A stretch of 64,000 bases of DNA from Chrysomallon squamiferum. Lineage: Eukaryota; Animalia; Mollusca. The position numbers and the translations under genes are program-made. Positions 13,206 through 26,924 of this stretch are shown here, piece after piece. The stretch covers positions 3,782,001 to 3,846,000 of the forward strand of contig CM022669.1 in the NCBI GenBank assembly GCA_012295275.1, given 5' to 3'. The notes below the pieces were generated by a model. It saw only the letters and a program-made list of their open reading frames with translations. It searched no databases and was not told the origin of the DNA. Within the stretch, counting starts at the first letter, position 1; each line of letters starts with the position of its first letter.

Positions 13206-15473
13206 GTAAGTAACAAATAAAATATGACATACTGAAAACTTTAAGAGGAAATATTTTATTGATTAATGCTTCTGGTATGTTACTGCTAACAGTGGTCTTC
13301 TTTTAAATTAATAAAGAACAAATAAAAAAAAATGTATTATTATTTAAATATATCATTTATATAAAAAGGTGCATTATTATTAAAATATATGCATATGTTC
13401 TAAATTCTGTATTATTTTATTTACAAACGTTTTGTTTATGTTAATGTACTGCGATAAACTGTGATTTGTGTCTTTAAAATGTTGTAATCCAGTGAGTAGT
13501 TTTCTGTGGATATGGATCGAAGTGTTATTTATTTTATTATTGCTGTTATTCTAATTTTTATTGTTGCTGTTAAGGAGATGGTAGCAGTATATCTAGTGGT
13601 AGCAATGGCAGAAGTAGTAGAAGTTGTAGTAGAAGAAACCATAGTAGTAGTGCTAATGTATTCATGTTGGTACTGGTAGTGTTAGTAGTAGCTGTAGCAG
13701 CAGCAGTAGAAGTAGCAGAAGCAGTAGTAGTGGTAGAGATAGTAGTGGTAGTAGTATAGTAGCAGCAAAAGTATTAGCGACAGTGATCGTAGTTGCTGTG
13801 GAAGTGATGGTAGTTTTGTCATGAGTGTGTGATCTATAAATCTGTTATTTTCGGTTTCTCAGTAATTTTGTATTCAGTTTCTGTACTTTAAAGAAGACGA
13901 TTATTAATTAGCCCGTGTCAAGTTTGTACTTGTTTCTTTTACAAAATGTATACTTCATTGTAATCAGCTGTAATGAAAGCTGGTATATCAAATTATTTTA
14001 GGTCGCTGACAAAACTCATTTACATTGCTGCTTACCAATTAACCTTTACTTGTTATTTAAACAGCAATTATTTTCTGGTATTAGTAATAAATAGGTAATT
14101 AGCTATATTTGATAAAGCTCTTTGATCGTATTAATAAAAGAAATTGCAAAAATCTATATTTGTTTCATATAGCCATTTCCATTTGATAAACGAAGTAATA
14201 AAATATATTTTTGTATCACTGAATATCTATATTCAGATATATTTCTGATTATACTAATCTATTAATAAATGAACTAAAACACACACATACAAAAATACGT
14301 AAGCCCATTTGAAAGTAATTCCAAAATCAGTTATCTGCACTTCATATCAGAAAACTAATTATTAATAATCTTTCAGTCGTCGTAGAAAATATATTTACAT
14401 AAAATGTTAGATCGAGTAATAATTATTTGCTATACCAATTTATTTAACAGAAACAAATATATTTGTAAATATTCTTTATTCATATTAATAAATGTAAGAG
14501 TTTAAATGTATAGTAAATTCAAAGACGATTTCTGTTCTCGTCAATAAATTGCATAATATTAATATATTTATTTCACTGTAAGAAAAAGAAAAAGAAGAAA
14601 ACAAACAAACAAACAAAGAGATTCACTAAAACTATTTAGTTATGCTAATGTGAATTAATTAGCATTTACTAAAACAAACAAATAAACAAACAACTAGAAA
14701 GTCTTCTATTCCTGCAAATAATAATATAATTAATATGTGTTTGTTCCATTTTTTTAACAATACATAATCTCACTAAAATCTATTTGTTTTATATATTTAT
14801 TTTAAAATCATAAACTTTTTCTGATCTATACTCAGAGTAAAATAAACGTGTTTCTAAGTCGTTTTGAAAATATTGACATTTCGAATATTTACAAGCATCA
14901 GATATATTCAGCATTACCGTTGAATTAATTTAGTTTTATTTGTACATAAAATAAGCGAACAGAAGGGCGATAACTTGTGCGTTTCTTACATTAAACGTAA
15001 TCCTGGTCAGTGACGTCATGCTATTGTTAACGTTATTATTTCGTCACCTATTTACCCTCACATTGAGTGAACGATTTCTAAGCAAATCTGTCGCTTTGAG
15101 CAATACATCATGAGTGTCGAGAGTGTTATATCAGAATTGATTTATTATTCTACAAAATTTATAGCAATTTTAACTAAGACATCAATAACCTTCTTTTATA
15201 ATGGGACATTCGCTGCCGAGGATTATAATGTTTAGGAATATGATAAGGTAGGATAATGCATTCAGATAATGGATTAATGAAAATAACTCCCCTGTCTGCG
15301 CATGTGAATTACTTTCCATAAATACGCTGAATTTGTGTGTCTGATCCTAGTAGTTAGTAATACGCTAATATTTAATTATTCATCCTGTTGAAAACCTGCT
15401 ACTTATTACAATCCAGGTAATATCAAATAACATAAATCATCATTAGAATTATTTTTATTAAACTAGTATGATT

Positions 15474-15665
<192 letters not shown>

Positions 15666-16520
15666 GTCGCTTGCTCCTTCGCTCTCTTTCAGTCTCTCTC
15701 AGTGTCTCTCTTTCTATAATTATTTTCCCCTCTACTCACACCTACAAACTTGCACATCGTTCTATTTATCTGTTCATTCATACGTCTGTCGTCCATCCAT
15801 CCATCTATTTACCGACCTTCCTAACCTGCCTGTCTGTTTCATTAGTACCTGTCTATTTACTTTCCTTTCAAATTACCGGTCTGTCTGTCTATCCCTGTCT
15901 TGCACCTACCGATCCATTCATCCATACACTTATATTCTACCTATATATATATATACATGTCTGTAAATCTGTCCGTCCATTTTAACGTCTACTTTCATCT
16001 GTGTATACAAATCCCAAATTTCCTTCTCCCACGCTCGGCCATTCCTTTTTCCCCTTCTCTCTTTCTGGCATTTATCAAGATGAAGACTATGACATATTTT
16101 ATGGAACGAACGCTGAAGTACATCAATCAACCTTCGACACAGTTTTCTGTCTTTCATTCGTTATAATCTCGTCCCCCCCACCACCAACCCTTTATTTTTA
16201 ATAAAAATAAATTCGTCGGAAGTTAGACAAGTGGGAGAAATATGCCGCACAGAAATCAATACACGAGAGAGAAAATCTCCCTTCAAAACACACCGCTGCC
16301 AGTCGCCTTTGGCGTTAAATGTTTCACACATTCCGAAGGTTCTTTCCCCGCATACAACATGTGGTGTCATGGGAACTGCATGTATAAGGAAACTTTGAGG
16401 AAGTCTTACAGGCGCATGCGTGTTTTCTTGCCTCACATAACACTAGTAGTAGTCGGATACTTTGAGTGTACGGTAATTGTGACTTTAAAAGATATAGCAT
16501 AGCCACAAAGAATATGCGCT

Positions 16521-16605
16521 ATGACACTAGGTATCATGGGATTAGGCTTCGCAATGTGTGTGATGTTGGCTGTCTGCGCTAACGGAAACGATAATTTGCA
16601 AAGAG
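16521..16605 (+). CDS. nAChRbeta1: Gene A alternative first exon 1b (signal peptide)
   Basis: MTLGIMGLGFAMCVMLAVCANGNDNLQR; AG|GTAAGT donor; phase 1 (G+GA=Gly), in frame with the exon at 21659. Confidence 0.75.
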
Positions 16606-17222
16606 GTAAGTGGAAGATAGAGTTTGTCGGCCACGTAGTGTTTTTGCTATAAGCTTGATAATCTCGAAAGAGTGAGAGCATATCATTGATCTGTTCTGTA
16701 CGAGCCCTACCGTACACCACAACAATGGCAATATGGTGTCCACCGGTCCGCGTTGCCAATCCAGCACGTTAGCATAAAAAATAGAACATAATAATGTGAT
16801 GTTATTGTCTCGTTTTCAAGCCAGTTAGGCAAATGCGATAAACCTTATCCTGTTTTACAGTATTCCGTGGGTCCGTTCGGAGGCGAACAGTTCAATATAA
16901 TTAACCTTGTCCTATATAATACATTTAGGTGTTTTCTCTTGTGGGGGGAGGGGGCGGGTGAGACAAGCCGATAATGTGAATGAGGAATGAATATTTATGT
17001 ATTTCCTTAACGTCTTATTAAGTTTGTTCGATTCCGCTAGCGAAACCGGAGACTTACTTGTTCATTTTGTCACAGTAATTATGTGTATCTTATCACTGGT
17101 TAATTTTATAAATAAAACAACGCTGTATTAATGTAATTTTGCTTATGAAATAATTCTGTGTTACTAATTTCATCCGTTTCATCCAAAATATAGCAGTGAT
17201 TTGTGTTATATATATATTTATT

Positions 17223-17264
<42 letters not shown>

Positions 17265-17502
17265 CATGGCCTACACACACGCACATGTACAAAATAGCTG
17301 GCGACACTTTCTCTTATTTTATATGTTTACTGACCGGTACATTTTCTCTGCTGAATTATTATGGTTAAATATTCATTCATTTAGTTGTCTCATGTTAAAT
17401 GTTTGTCAACAAATGATTTGCATAACAGCTCAGATTATTATTATGTTTTAGTGCTGTGATGATATATATATTGATATAAGATGCATGGCTTTATTATTTA
17501 CA

Positions 17503-17557
<55 letters not shown>

Positions 17558-18604
17558 TTTTTAACAAAATAAAACAGTGATAATAAATAAATAACAACCA
17601 ACGGTAAAAAAAAAAAATAATAATAAAAAAAAAAAAAAAAAAACATAAAAAAAAAAAAAAAAATTAACAAAAAATGGAAAGAAAGAAAAAATACATGATT
17701 ATTTATGAAAATAATAACGTTACACAAAAAAATTGGTTGGAAATTTCTATAAATTCTTTAGAACGTAACCCAATATTATACAGAGAAACATTTTTCAAAC
17801 AGAGCATCTGTTTTGTGTACCTTAGTGAACTGTACCACGTATATATGTATCTTAGTACAGGTACAAATACACGAAGCCTTTAATGATTTTATTTTACGTT
17901 ATTAAAACGCAGTAGGTGCTAAATTGCGTATCAGTAATTTATAACTTTTAGATCCGTGTTTATTACAAAGGAACAACAACAAATAATAATTAAAAAAAAC
18001 AACAACAACAAAAATAACAAAACAAAACCAAAACACAAGAATAAGAACAACAACAAGACTAACACATAAATATTTCTCGTGTTCGCAGTGATTACGCTCG
18101 ACTTTAAACCGGATTAGTTACGTTGCTTGTTTAGGACAGCCTTATTTTAGTGGGATAAACACAAACGTGTCTAAATTCTGTGTTGAAAAAACCTGGCGCT
18201 CTACTAAAAATACCGTCAGTTCGTGCCAGGGAGAGCAGCTATTGCGGATTTTCTTTCTCTAATTATATGTTTTCGGCTTTGAGCGGTTCGGGAAAAACGA
18301 ACGTACACACACACTCGCGAGAATGATCAATAGCAGCACGTGGCTGCCTCGCAAGGAAACAAACCAACACTGAACACTTGGGTCGCAGTACCGATGTAAA
18401 GCGATTGTTTAGCTGTTTTGCTCGAAAAGCCCCACACTCTCTCCCCTCTCTCCCACCTCCCTCTGGCAACGGCTGTTACGATTAGTCACTTTATTGAACC
18501 GTATTCGTAATAATCCAGTACGTGTTCTGAATGAATTAAACTATAGTGATATTCATTACACACACACACACAGACACACAGACAAAGAGAGAGAAAGAGA
18601 GAAA

Positions 18605-18745
<141 letters not shown>

Positions 18746-21658
18746 ACAGCAAGGCTGTCGCTAGTACGGTTAAACACAGAGACATACAGACAAACAGATA
18801 CACTAAAATACAGATGAGTTTATGGCTTCTATTATTTTTCATTTCGTCTGAAATTTTATCATTATTATTTTCAAATACCGATGTATTTCAGTGATTTGTT
18901 GGCGAATTTATACAGGAAAATTATCCGTTACTAAACCAACACATACACACACCGACCCACCCAACCATACAAACACTAAATTACCTATAAAAACACTAAA
19001 AGATATAATTAAGAGAGGATCTTACCAACCCCGAATGTTTTACATGTTTTTCACTTATTTTGCACTATGACTATAAGGTCAGTAAAAAATTGTTATTCTA
19101 TTTTTATTTTTGAAGAAATACTTCGAACCAGTTGCCAAAATCCTTGTTATACTAAATGAAAGTTAAACATACTTGCCATGATGCAAGCAGGTTAAAATAT
19201 CTGAATTCTCATCTCAGTTCAGTGTCACAGTTTCCATATTAAAACAAGAGGTTAATAAGAAAAGAAAGCTCGATAGACAAGCACATTCTCATTAACCTCT
19301 AGTCTGGGCCGGTGTCAGAATTTACTTCCCATTACCTAGCAGTTAAAAGTCTCTTTTCTTAACCAGGACAACATATTCGATAATGTCACAATATCTTCAT
19401 TAAACTCTAATTTGGAGCTGGTATCAAGATTCGATCCCTTTTCCAGCAGTTACAGGTCCAGCTGCTTAACCACAGCATTTCAGAGGACGTTGCATGTATG
19501 AAACTAATTTGTTTGTTGATTTTTATTTAACTCTGCACTATTTATAACTTTGTGAAGAAAACGTTTCCTCTCTCCAGATCGTTTGGTTTCTGTCGTACTA
19601 ATCGGTTATTGACGTTCGTGATCAACCTAGATTTCATTCACAGAGGTCCATGAACGATTAATGCCCACTCAGAAAGTTAGTTTTTATCAATTTTCACTAT
19701 TTCAAAAATAGTGTAAGCAATCAACCAATATTAAGAAGAGGGTACGCTGCTTGGGTTTTAAAAGAATTCAGTCGATAACACATTTGAACCAAGATACTAC
19801 TACGGTTACCCATCGGACAAGAAAAACATTCGGAATAAAAAAAAAAATAATAATTTCAAAAATGTGCAATGCCTTACTGGCGAAACCTCAATATCACAGT
19901 CTTAGAAAAGTAGCCGTTATGGAGAGAGGACCATTTCTTGTGCAAATCTTAAGCTTTTCTGTTATTCCTAAATGTCAGATTTAATTTATTATACACGTAA
20001 ATTGGCGTGTTTTTCATTGTAATGCAGCTCAGTGTGTAACATATTTTATAAAAGTAAACAATCAAGAGGAAGTTGATACAGATTTCGAGTCGTTCAGCCA
20101 AGGATATTATTGATTTTAGACTCTTCCAGCTTGCCAAAAATATAGTGACAGAGAAACTGGGCGTTACGAATTAATGTAAAAATATATTTCTTAATGATAT
20201 GGAAAAGATACCAGTGTTAGCTACGATATTCCTAGATTTAATTTCAAACCCCACTGAGGTAACGTTATTGAATTGGTTTGCAACTTTCGCACATGACTTG
20301 AATTCTTTAAGTGTAGTCTGAAATATTTTTTAAGATCTTGGCTACGACTGCCTGTAACTGTCAGCTCTGTTCAGCATAGAAATACACCTTCTGTAATGTC
20401 GTGTGAAATAAATCTTCCAGTTCGACGCAATGCAATGCAGTATAATGATGATTCAGCATCCTAAGAACAAATTCTGAAGTCTTCATGCATACTGTACAAT
20501 CCAGACACACACGCCCACACAAACACACACACACATACACACATGTACACACAACGCACAAATACACACAGCAAAACATACATGCACAAGTAGATATATA
20601 CACACATGTGTTTATAGACTGCTCAACAATATTTTCGCACTCTATGCAAACAGTCACTAATTTCTAAGAAGACACTAAATTACTGATATTTTATCTAGAA
20701 ACTGACTGAAAATGGTTTAGACAGTTGATCATTAAGTCCAAAATATGTCATTAATTAATTCAAATTTCAACTAACTTGTAAAGATGATTATTTAGAAAAC
20801 AGAAAAAAACAAACAAAAAAATACACCCACTCATGTCATATTGTAATATAGACCGAGAAAGGAAACTCGCTATTTCTCCTACAAAAAAGGTAGGACATAC
20901 CATAGTCTTTAATGAACCAGTAGTAGGAGTAGCCATAAAGAATGACGTTTAACGGGCGCATAGAAGATGAATTCTTCAAGCTGTTCTAAAAGTTAACTGA
21001 AATAATGTTTTGTTTACATGTATTATAATAACAACATAAGTTTATAATTATTATTATTTATTATTTTAATACTGTGATCACCAAATCGTTGCTGTTGTTG
21101 CTGCTGCCCTTGTACCTACTACAACACCTTCATCATCGTCACCTTCCACCGTTACTGCTATCATTACTAGTACCATCACTGCTGCTTCTCATTATCACTG
21201 TTTTTGTAAAAGAGGTAGTAGATGTAATAGTAGTAGTAGTAAGAAGAAGAAGAAAAAGAAATCACGTTTTCTTCTTCTTCTTATTATTATTATTAATGCT
21301 GTTGATATTATTTATTATTATTATTATTGTTGTTTATCTCGTAATTGTTATTATTAGTGTGTTTGTTGTCATTCTAAAACTGTTATTATTGTTGTTGCTG
21401 TTATTATGATTATTATGATTATTTTTATTATTACTGATTTTGTTATTATTATCTTTATTATTGATACGTTGTTGTTGTTACTGCTATTACTACTACTACT
21501 ACCACCCTACATTTATTAATAATTAATAATGAAATGTTGAATTTTGTGATTATTATTATTACCGTTATTATTTTTTTCTTGTTGTTGCTTTTGTTATTAT
21601 TATTATTATATTGTTGTTGTTACTGTTGTTGTTGTTATTATTGTTGTTACTACTACAG

Positions 21659-21792
21659 GAGAGAACGAGGTACGTCTGGTGTATGAACTGTTTGAAAAGA
21701 ACGGCTACAACCCGCTCATTCGTCCAGTTGAACACGTCAACGACACCCTTCACATTGACTTCAGTCTGCAGCTCAGCCAGATCATCAACGTG
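21659..21792 (+). CDS. nAChRbeta1: Gene A exon: N-terminal helix and beta1 strand
   Basis: CTACAG acceptor, GTTTGT donor; ENEVRLVYELFEKNGYNPLIRPVEHVNDTLHIDFSLQLSQIINV. Confidence 0.93.
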
Positions 21793-21827
21793 GTTTGTAT
21801 TTCACTTTTTAAATATTCCATCACCTC

Positions 21828-22053
21828 GTATACCTAGCTCACAGCACTGATACGTCCTTTGACACAGTATACCTAGCTCACAGCACTGATACGTCCTTTG
21901 ACACAGTATACCTAGCTCACAGCACTGATACGTCCTTTGACACAGTATACCTAGCTCACAGCACTGATACGTCCTTTGACACAGTATACCTAGCTCACAG
22001 CACTGATACGTCCTTTGACACAGTATACCTAGCTCACAGCACTGATACGTCCT
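21828..22053. repeat. Perfect 39-bp minisatellite, ~5.8 copies, in gene A intron
   Basis: Unit ATACCTAGCTCACAGCACTGATACGTCCTTTGACACAGT at 21830, 21869, 21908, 21947, 21986 and 22025 (partial). Confidence 0.95.
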
Positions 22054-22599
22054 CTGTGAACTTCAGAGAAAATCAGAGTCAAAGGTTTTTAACTCATCTG
22101 TAAAATCTCCTGTCCCTGTTCTTCGGCTTTCGACACATATAAAGTTAAAAGTGTCTTGGCTGTCTATAAAATCGTGTTTTTGCAGGTTTTTTTTTTATTT
22201 ATTCATGTTGCGATGTGGATTATGCTATTTATGACTATACTTTTAATGGTTATACCATTTTTTGGTCGTGGTATTTTTGTTATTTTTGAACAAAATACAT
22301 GTAAAAAATTATTCTGAACTTTTCTATTTTTAGGGTATATCACTCTTTTTGTCAGCTTAAATATCAGCATCATATTTATTATTGTTAAGCTGGAGCTAGT
22401 TATTTAAAAATAAATTCTGTTATCATTTTCATTTCAAATTTTGATGTTGTTTCTGCTGGGTATTTTTCTCTGTATTTTTTTTTTGTTTGTTTGTTTCTCT
22501 GCTATTTATATAAAAATAACAATCACTTAATTTTATTTTTTAGAAACTTATTTACTTATTTATTTTACATATTTATCTATATTTGCTTAGTTATTTACA

Positions 22600-22634
<35 letters not shown>

Positions 22635-22863
22635 CATCATGATGTGTAAATTTTAAATTTTTAAATTCTTTTCACAATATTTTATTAGGCGTAATTGTTT
22701 TAAATTCTTTCATCCTTTCTTTCCTCTCTTATTTGCTTTATCATTTCAGTCTGGTTAAATTTGCACGTTTATAATTATTTACTACTTACTATGAAAATCT
22801 GAAGTAATAAACAATAACTCCTTTTCTTTATTAAACTGTTCGGTGTCATGCTTTTATTTTTAG

Positions 22864-22908
22864 GACGAAAAAAATCAACAGATGAAAACAAACGTTTGGC
22901 TACAAATG
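22864..22908 (+). CDS. nAChRbeta1: Gene A 45-nt exon (loop D)
   Basis: TTTTAG acceptor, GTGAGG donor; DEKNQQMKTNVWLQM. Confidence 0.95.
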
Positions 22909-23553
22909 GTGAGGTTATCATAATGCTGCTTTTGTCTATTTTTAACAGTTTATCTATTTTGATAAAGTATGTTTATAAATAAGTGTTGTAATAATGTAAT
23001 GGACAAAAGTGACGCTTTTCCTTAAAATTAATGAATTAAGGCATAACATTGCTGTTGTTAAACGTGTATTTTATAATACATCATTTTTCAAATAGCTTGG
23101 GTTTTTCTCTAACAATAAATACGAAACATACAGAAATAACATATACATGTGGCTTTCTTGAGCCTTCACAAACCACGCGATGTGTATTAAATGAATACAC
23201 AGCCAGTGGGTTGTCGCTTAATCTTCGGATCATTCTAACAGCATCGCTCAAAGTGAAGTCGCTCAGAACGAGGCCGGCTGATCGTCTGACCAGTAAAATC
23301 AACAGACATTATCATTCATAAAAAAAAAAACAGATTTTTGCGTGACTGGATTTCTGAAACATGTGCACTTTAAAGATGTGCAGTAGAACAAAATAACCGA
23401 GTTAATCAAATAAATAGTATTCAGATAAATAATATATTATTATTATTGTTTTTTTTTTTTGTCCATACGTTTTAGAATGGAATTTAATTTGTTAATATCT
23501 GATAATTTTTTTTTTATCGCTCAAATCATTAAAATTTGAACAAAATGTTCAGA

Positions 23554-23594
<41 letters not shown>

Positions 23595-23641
23595 GTGTGT
23601 TGCGGAGGGACAAGTACAAATTGTTGTTATTTTATTTTCAG

Positions 23642-23751
23642 TACTGGTTTGACAAACAGTTGACTTGGGACCCGTCAGAATACGGAGACATCAGAGCAAT
23701 TCGAATTCGACCCGAATCTGTCTGGACGCCAGACATTGTACTGTTTAATAA
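23642..23751 (+). CDS. nAChRbeta1: Gene A 110-nt exon (loop A)
   Basis: TTTTCAG acceptor, GTACGT donor; [36 protein letters not shown](N). Confidence 0.96.
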
Positions 23752-24624
23752 GTACGTTGATTACAAAGTCAATTACAATTAATTCTGTCAAGGCGTATGT
23801 CTGTTGCTTTTTAAAAATAAGATATGCAGTTAATTTGAAGAATTACGTATATTGATTTGTTCGTTAAATGTATTCAGTTTGGTTACTTATTGTAGAATAT
23901 TTTAAAATTTTATTATTCAACATATAGATTGTATTTTATTTACATATTTTAGGGATTTGTTTTAGATTGTTTTATTTAGAAAAAATAAATTAAAAATGCG
24001 TGCTAAAACTGCCAGTTAGATTAATTTTAGTTAGACAAATGCCATAAAGCAGGGATTTTTTTTTGAGTTTTTAAAAAGTTTATTCGTATGAGAGCCAAAA
24101 TAAAACGTTTATTTCATAAGTTTTCACTTACATTTTTTAGCGTAAAAATAAAAACTTTATAATTATTATGGGTAAATGTGATTTGAATTTTTTCGTTCAT
24201 TATCTCATACAGAAGGGATATTATTTTAAAATAACTCCAAAATTCCACCTCCCTCCATTTTATAATGAAATCAACAAACAACAAACAAAATAATTATAAA
24301 TAAACGAAAAATTATTTGGTTAACGTTTATTTTGTAATAAATCTTGTTCTAGGTAACCCTTAATGTATGTATTTTTCCATTCGTTAATTATTCTAAAGCA
24401 AGTTTCTGTTGACTTAGAGGAAATTATAATTTATTATCATATATGTCATATCTTCTATAATTTGATTAAGCATAAGAGATTTTGAAATACTTCATGTCTT
24501 CTTTTCTTGAATAATTATTTTTGACATTATTTCATTCACTATCAGTCTGATCAGCACTAGAAATTTGTTAAAGATATAGGACTGAAATATTGAAATAATT
24601 TTGTTTGTAACGCATATTTTATAA

Positions 24625-24690
<66 letters not shown>

Positions 24691-24959
24691 CTCTATACAT
24701 ATCATAAATAACTATTTTGGAAAAGGAAACAGCATACTTACATTACGTTGATATTTGGTTCTATTTACAAATTTCGTTGTCAGTGACGTCAGAACAATAT
24801 AATGATGTCACGACAAATTACGACGAATTCATCCATCTGTTTATTTTTATTATTGTAACTATCTGTTTCTCTAATTACTGTCCATACATACATATATACA
24901 TACATATAGAGGTTACACATTGTTCAGAAAATATTTAAAACATTGTTTTGTACTTTCAG

Positions 24960-25947
24960 CGCTGATGGTAATTATGAAGTATCTTACAAGTCTAACTGTG
25001 TGATATATTTCAATGGCTACATCAACTGGATTCCTCCAGCAATATACAAAAGTTCTTGTTCGATAGACGTGCGTTACTTTCCTTTCGACGAACAGATTTG
25101 CGAAATGAAATTCGGCTCTTGGACGTTTCGAGGCAACCAGCTGTCGTTTGGATTCTTCAAGAACATCAGGAAGCTCGACATCACAGACTACTTGAAGAGC
25201 GGTTCCTGGGACGTCATCGACTGTCCCGGGCGCATAGTCAACGTCACCGACGAGGCCACGGGCGAGTACAGGAACCTCATCATCTTCACGCTGCAGATTC
25301 GCAGGAAGACCTTGTTCTACACCGTGAACCTCATCATCCCCTGTGTTCTCATTTCCTTTGTGAGTATCTGTGTGTTCGCTCTGCCGGCCGACGCGGGCGA
25401 GAAAATCACACTGTGTATCTCCATTCTCCTCTCCTTGGTTGTGTTCCTGCTGCTGATATCGAAGATACTTCCACCGTCTCTGACCATCCCGCTAATAGCC
25501 AAATACCTGTTGTTTACGTTCATTATGAATATCATTGCCATTCTTTCCACTGTTATCATCATTAATAGAAACTACAGAACGCCACGCACACATCGCATGC
25601 CTGATTGGGTGCGTATTGTTTTTCTCAAGCATCTTCCAAAATATCTCTTCATGAAGCGGCCAGACCACGATGAACGTTGGCAGAAAAAGACCTTCGCCCC
25701 TCCGCCGTCCTATCATACCACACCCGAAACACGAAGGGTTAATTTGAATATTCATGAGACAAACTTGTTGGAGTTAACAGAGATTCACCATCCTCACTGT
25801 AGACTGGGACCCAAGCTGGACCGTGCCAAGTCTACAGATTCCGATGTCGTGGATAAAACGTTCAAAATGACTCCAGAGTTGTATAGAGCCACAGAAGCTG
25901 TGAGATTTGTGTATCAGCATTTGAAAACAGAGGAAGAATATGATGAT
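24960..25947 (+). CDS. nAChRbeta1: Gene A large exon (Cys-loop, loops B/C, M1-M3, intracellular loop)
   Basis: CTTTCAG acceptor, GTAAGA donor; ADGNYEV...CSIDVRYFPFDEQIC...FGSWTF...[14 protein letters not shown]...KTEEEYDD. Confidence 0.97.
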
Positions 25948-26007
25948 GTAAGATTTATTTTTTTAAATACACACTAAAATGATGCATACGTGTGTTTGTT
26001 TATATCT

Positions 26008-26049
<42 letters not shown>

Positions 26050-26893
26050 ACGTGTATATTCTGTTTGTGAAGGTATTTAATCATGTATATATAGGGGTAT
26101 CTGTGTGTGTATATGTATGTATGCATTCGTGTGTATGTACTTATATATGTATTCAGGTAGATATGTAACTATGTATGTGTTTCTCTGTAAGGTGTGAAGA
26201 AATAATATATATGTGTGTATTAAATAGGTTTTTTTTTTTAAAATAATACTTCTATTTACATGTGTGACATGTATATGTCTATATGTGTAACTGTGAGAAT
26301 GGGAGTTTGTATATATTTTTTAAATCAATTTTTGAAGACATCTGTTGAATATGTTTGTGACTTTTTGTATGTGTATATTTGTGTGTATGTGTTTTATGGT
26401 ACTATGTTTGTATCTGTGTATGCTATACTTATGTGTGTCTTTCTTTGATAAATATGGTATTATTTTGTGATGGGTTCGTGTCGGCTGCGTATTGTTTTAA
26501 TGGTCTGGGGGTTGTTTGAATCTAACCATATGTGTTGTTTCTATGTGTGTACTACGTCAGTATATGTTGGTGTGACTGCATGTAAGATCTGAATACGAGT
26601 TTAGCTTGTGTATATGTGTTTACATGTGTGTGTATAGTGTTTTTATGTGTTAAGCGTTTCTCAATCTTTACGTGTGTTTTGTAGGTATGTTGCTGGTATA
26701 TTGTATGAATGAGTATGTGTGTTGACTTTATTTTTATGAATGCTATTTGTATGTGCACACGGTATACAAGTATGATGTGAATGTAATATCTGCTGTAAGA
26801 GAATATATGTGTAGTCTATATGTGTCATTCGAGGATGTTTGAATGTGTATCTGTCTGTCTTCTGTCTTTCTATCTATCTTATCTATCTATCTA

Positions 26894-26924
<31 letters not shown>

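Noticed and set aside
15200-15420. Third signal-peptide first exon for gene A (donor-like GTAGGA and GTAATA)
   Set aside because: No ATG-initiated hydrophobic open frame reaches a phase-1 donor.
19330-19490. tRNA-like sequence on the minus strand (also ~47080-47240)
   Set aside because: No complete cloverleaf; at most decayed tRNA-derived SINE heads, too degraded to call.
21828-22053. 39-bp repeat array as a CRISPR array
   Set aside because: Units are contiguous and identical with no unique spacers; eukaryotic intron; no cas genes.
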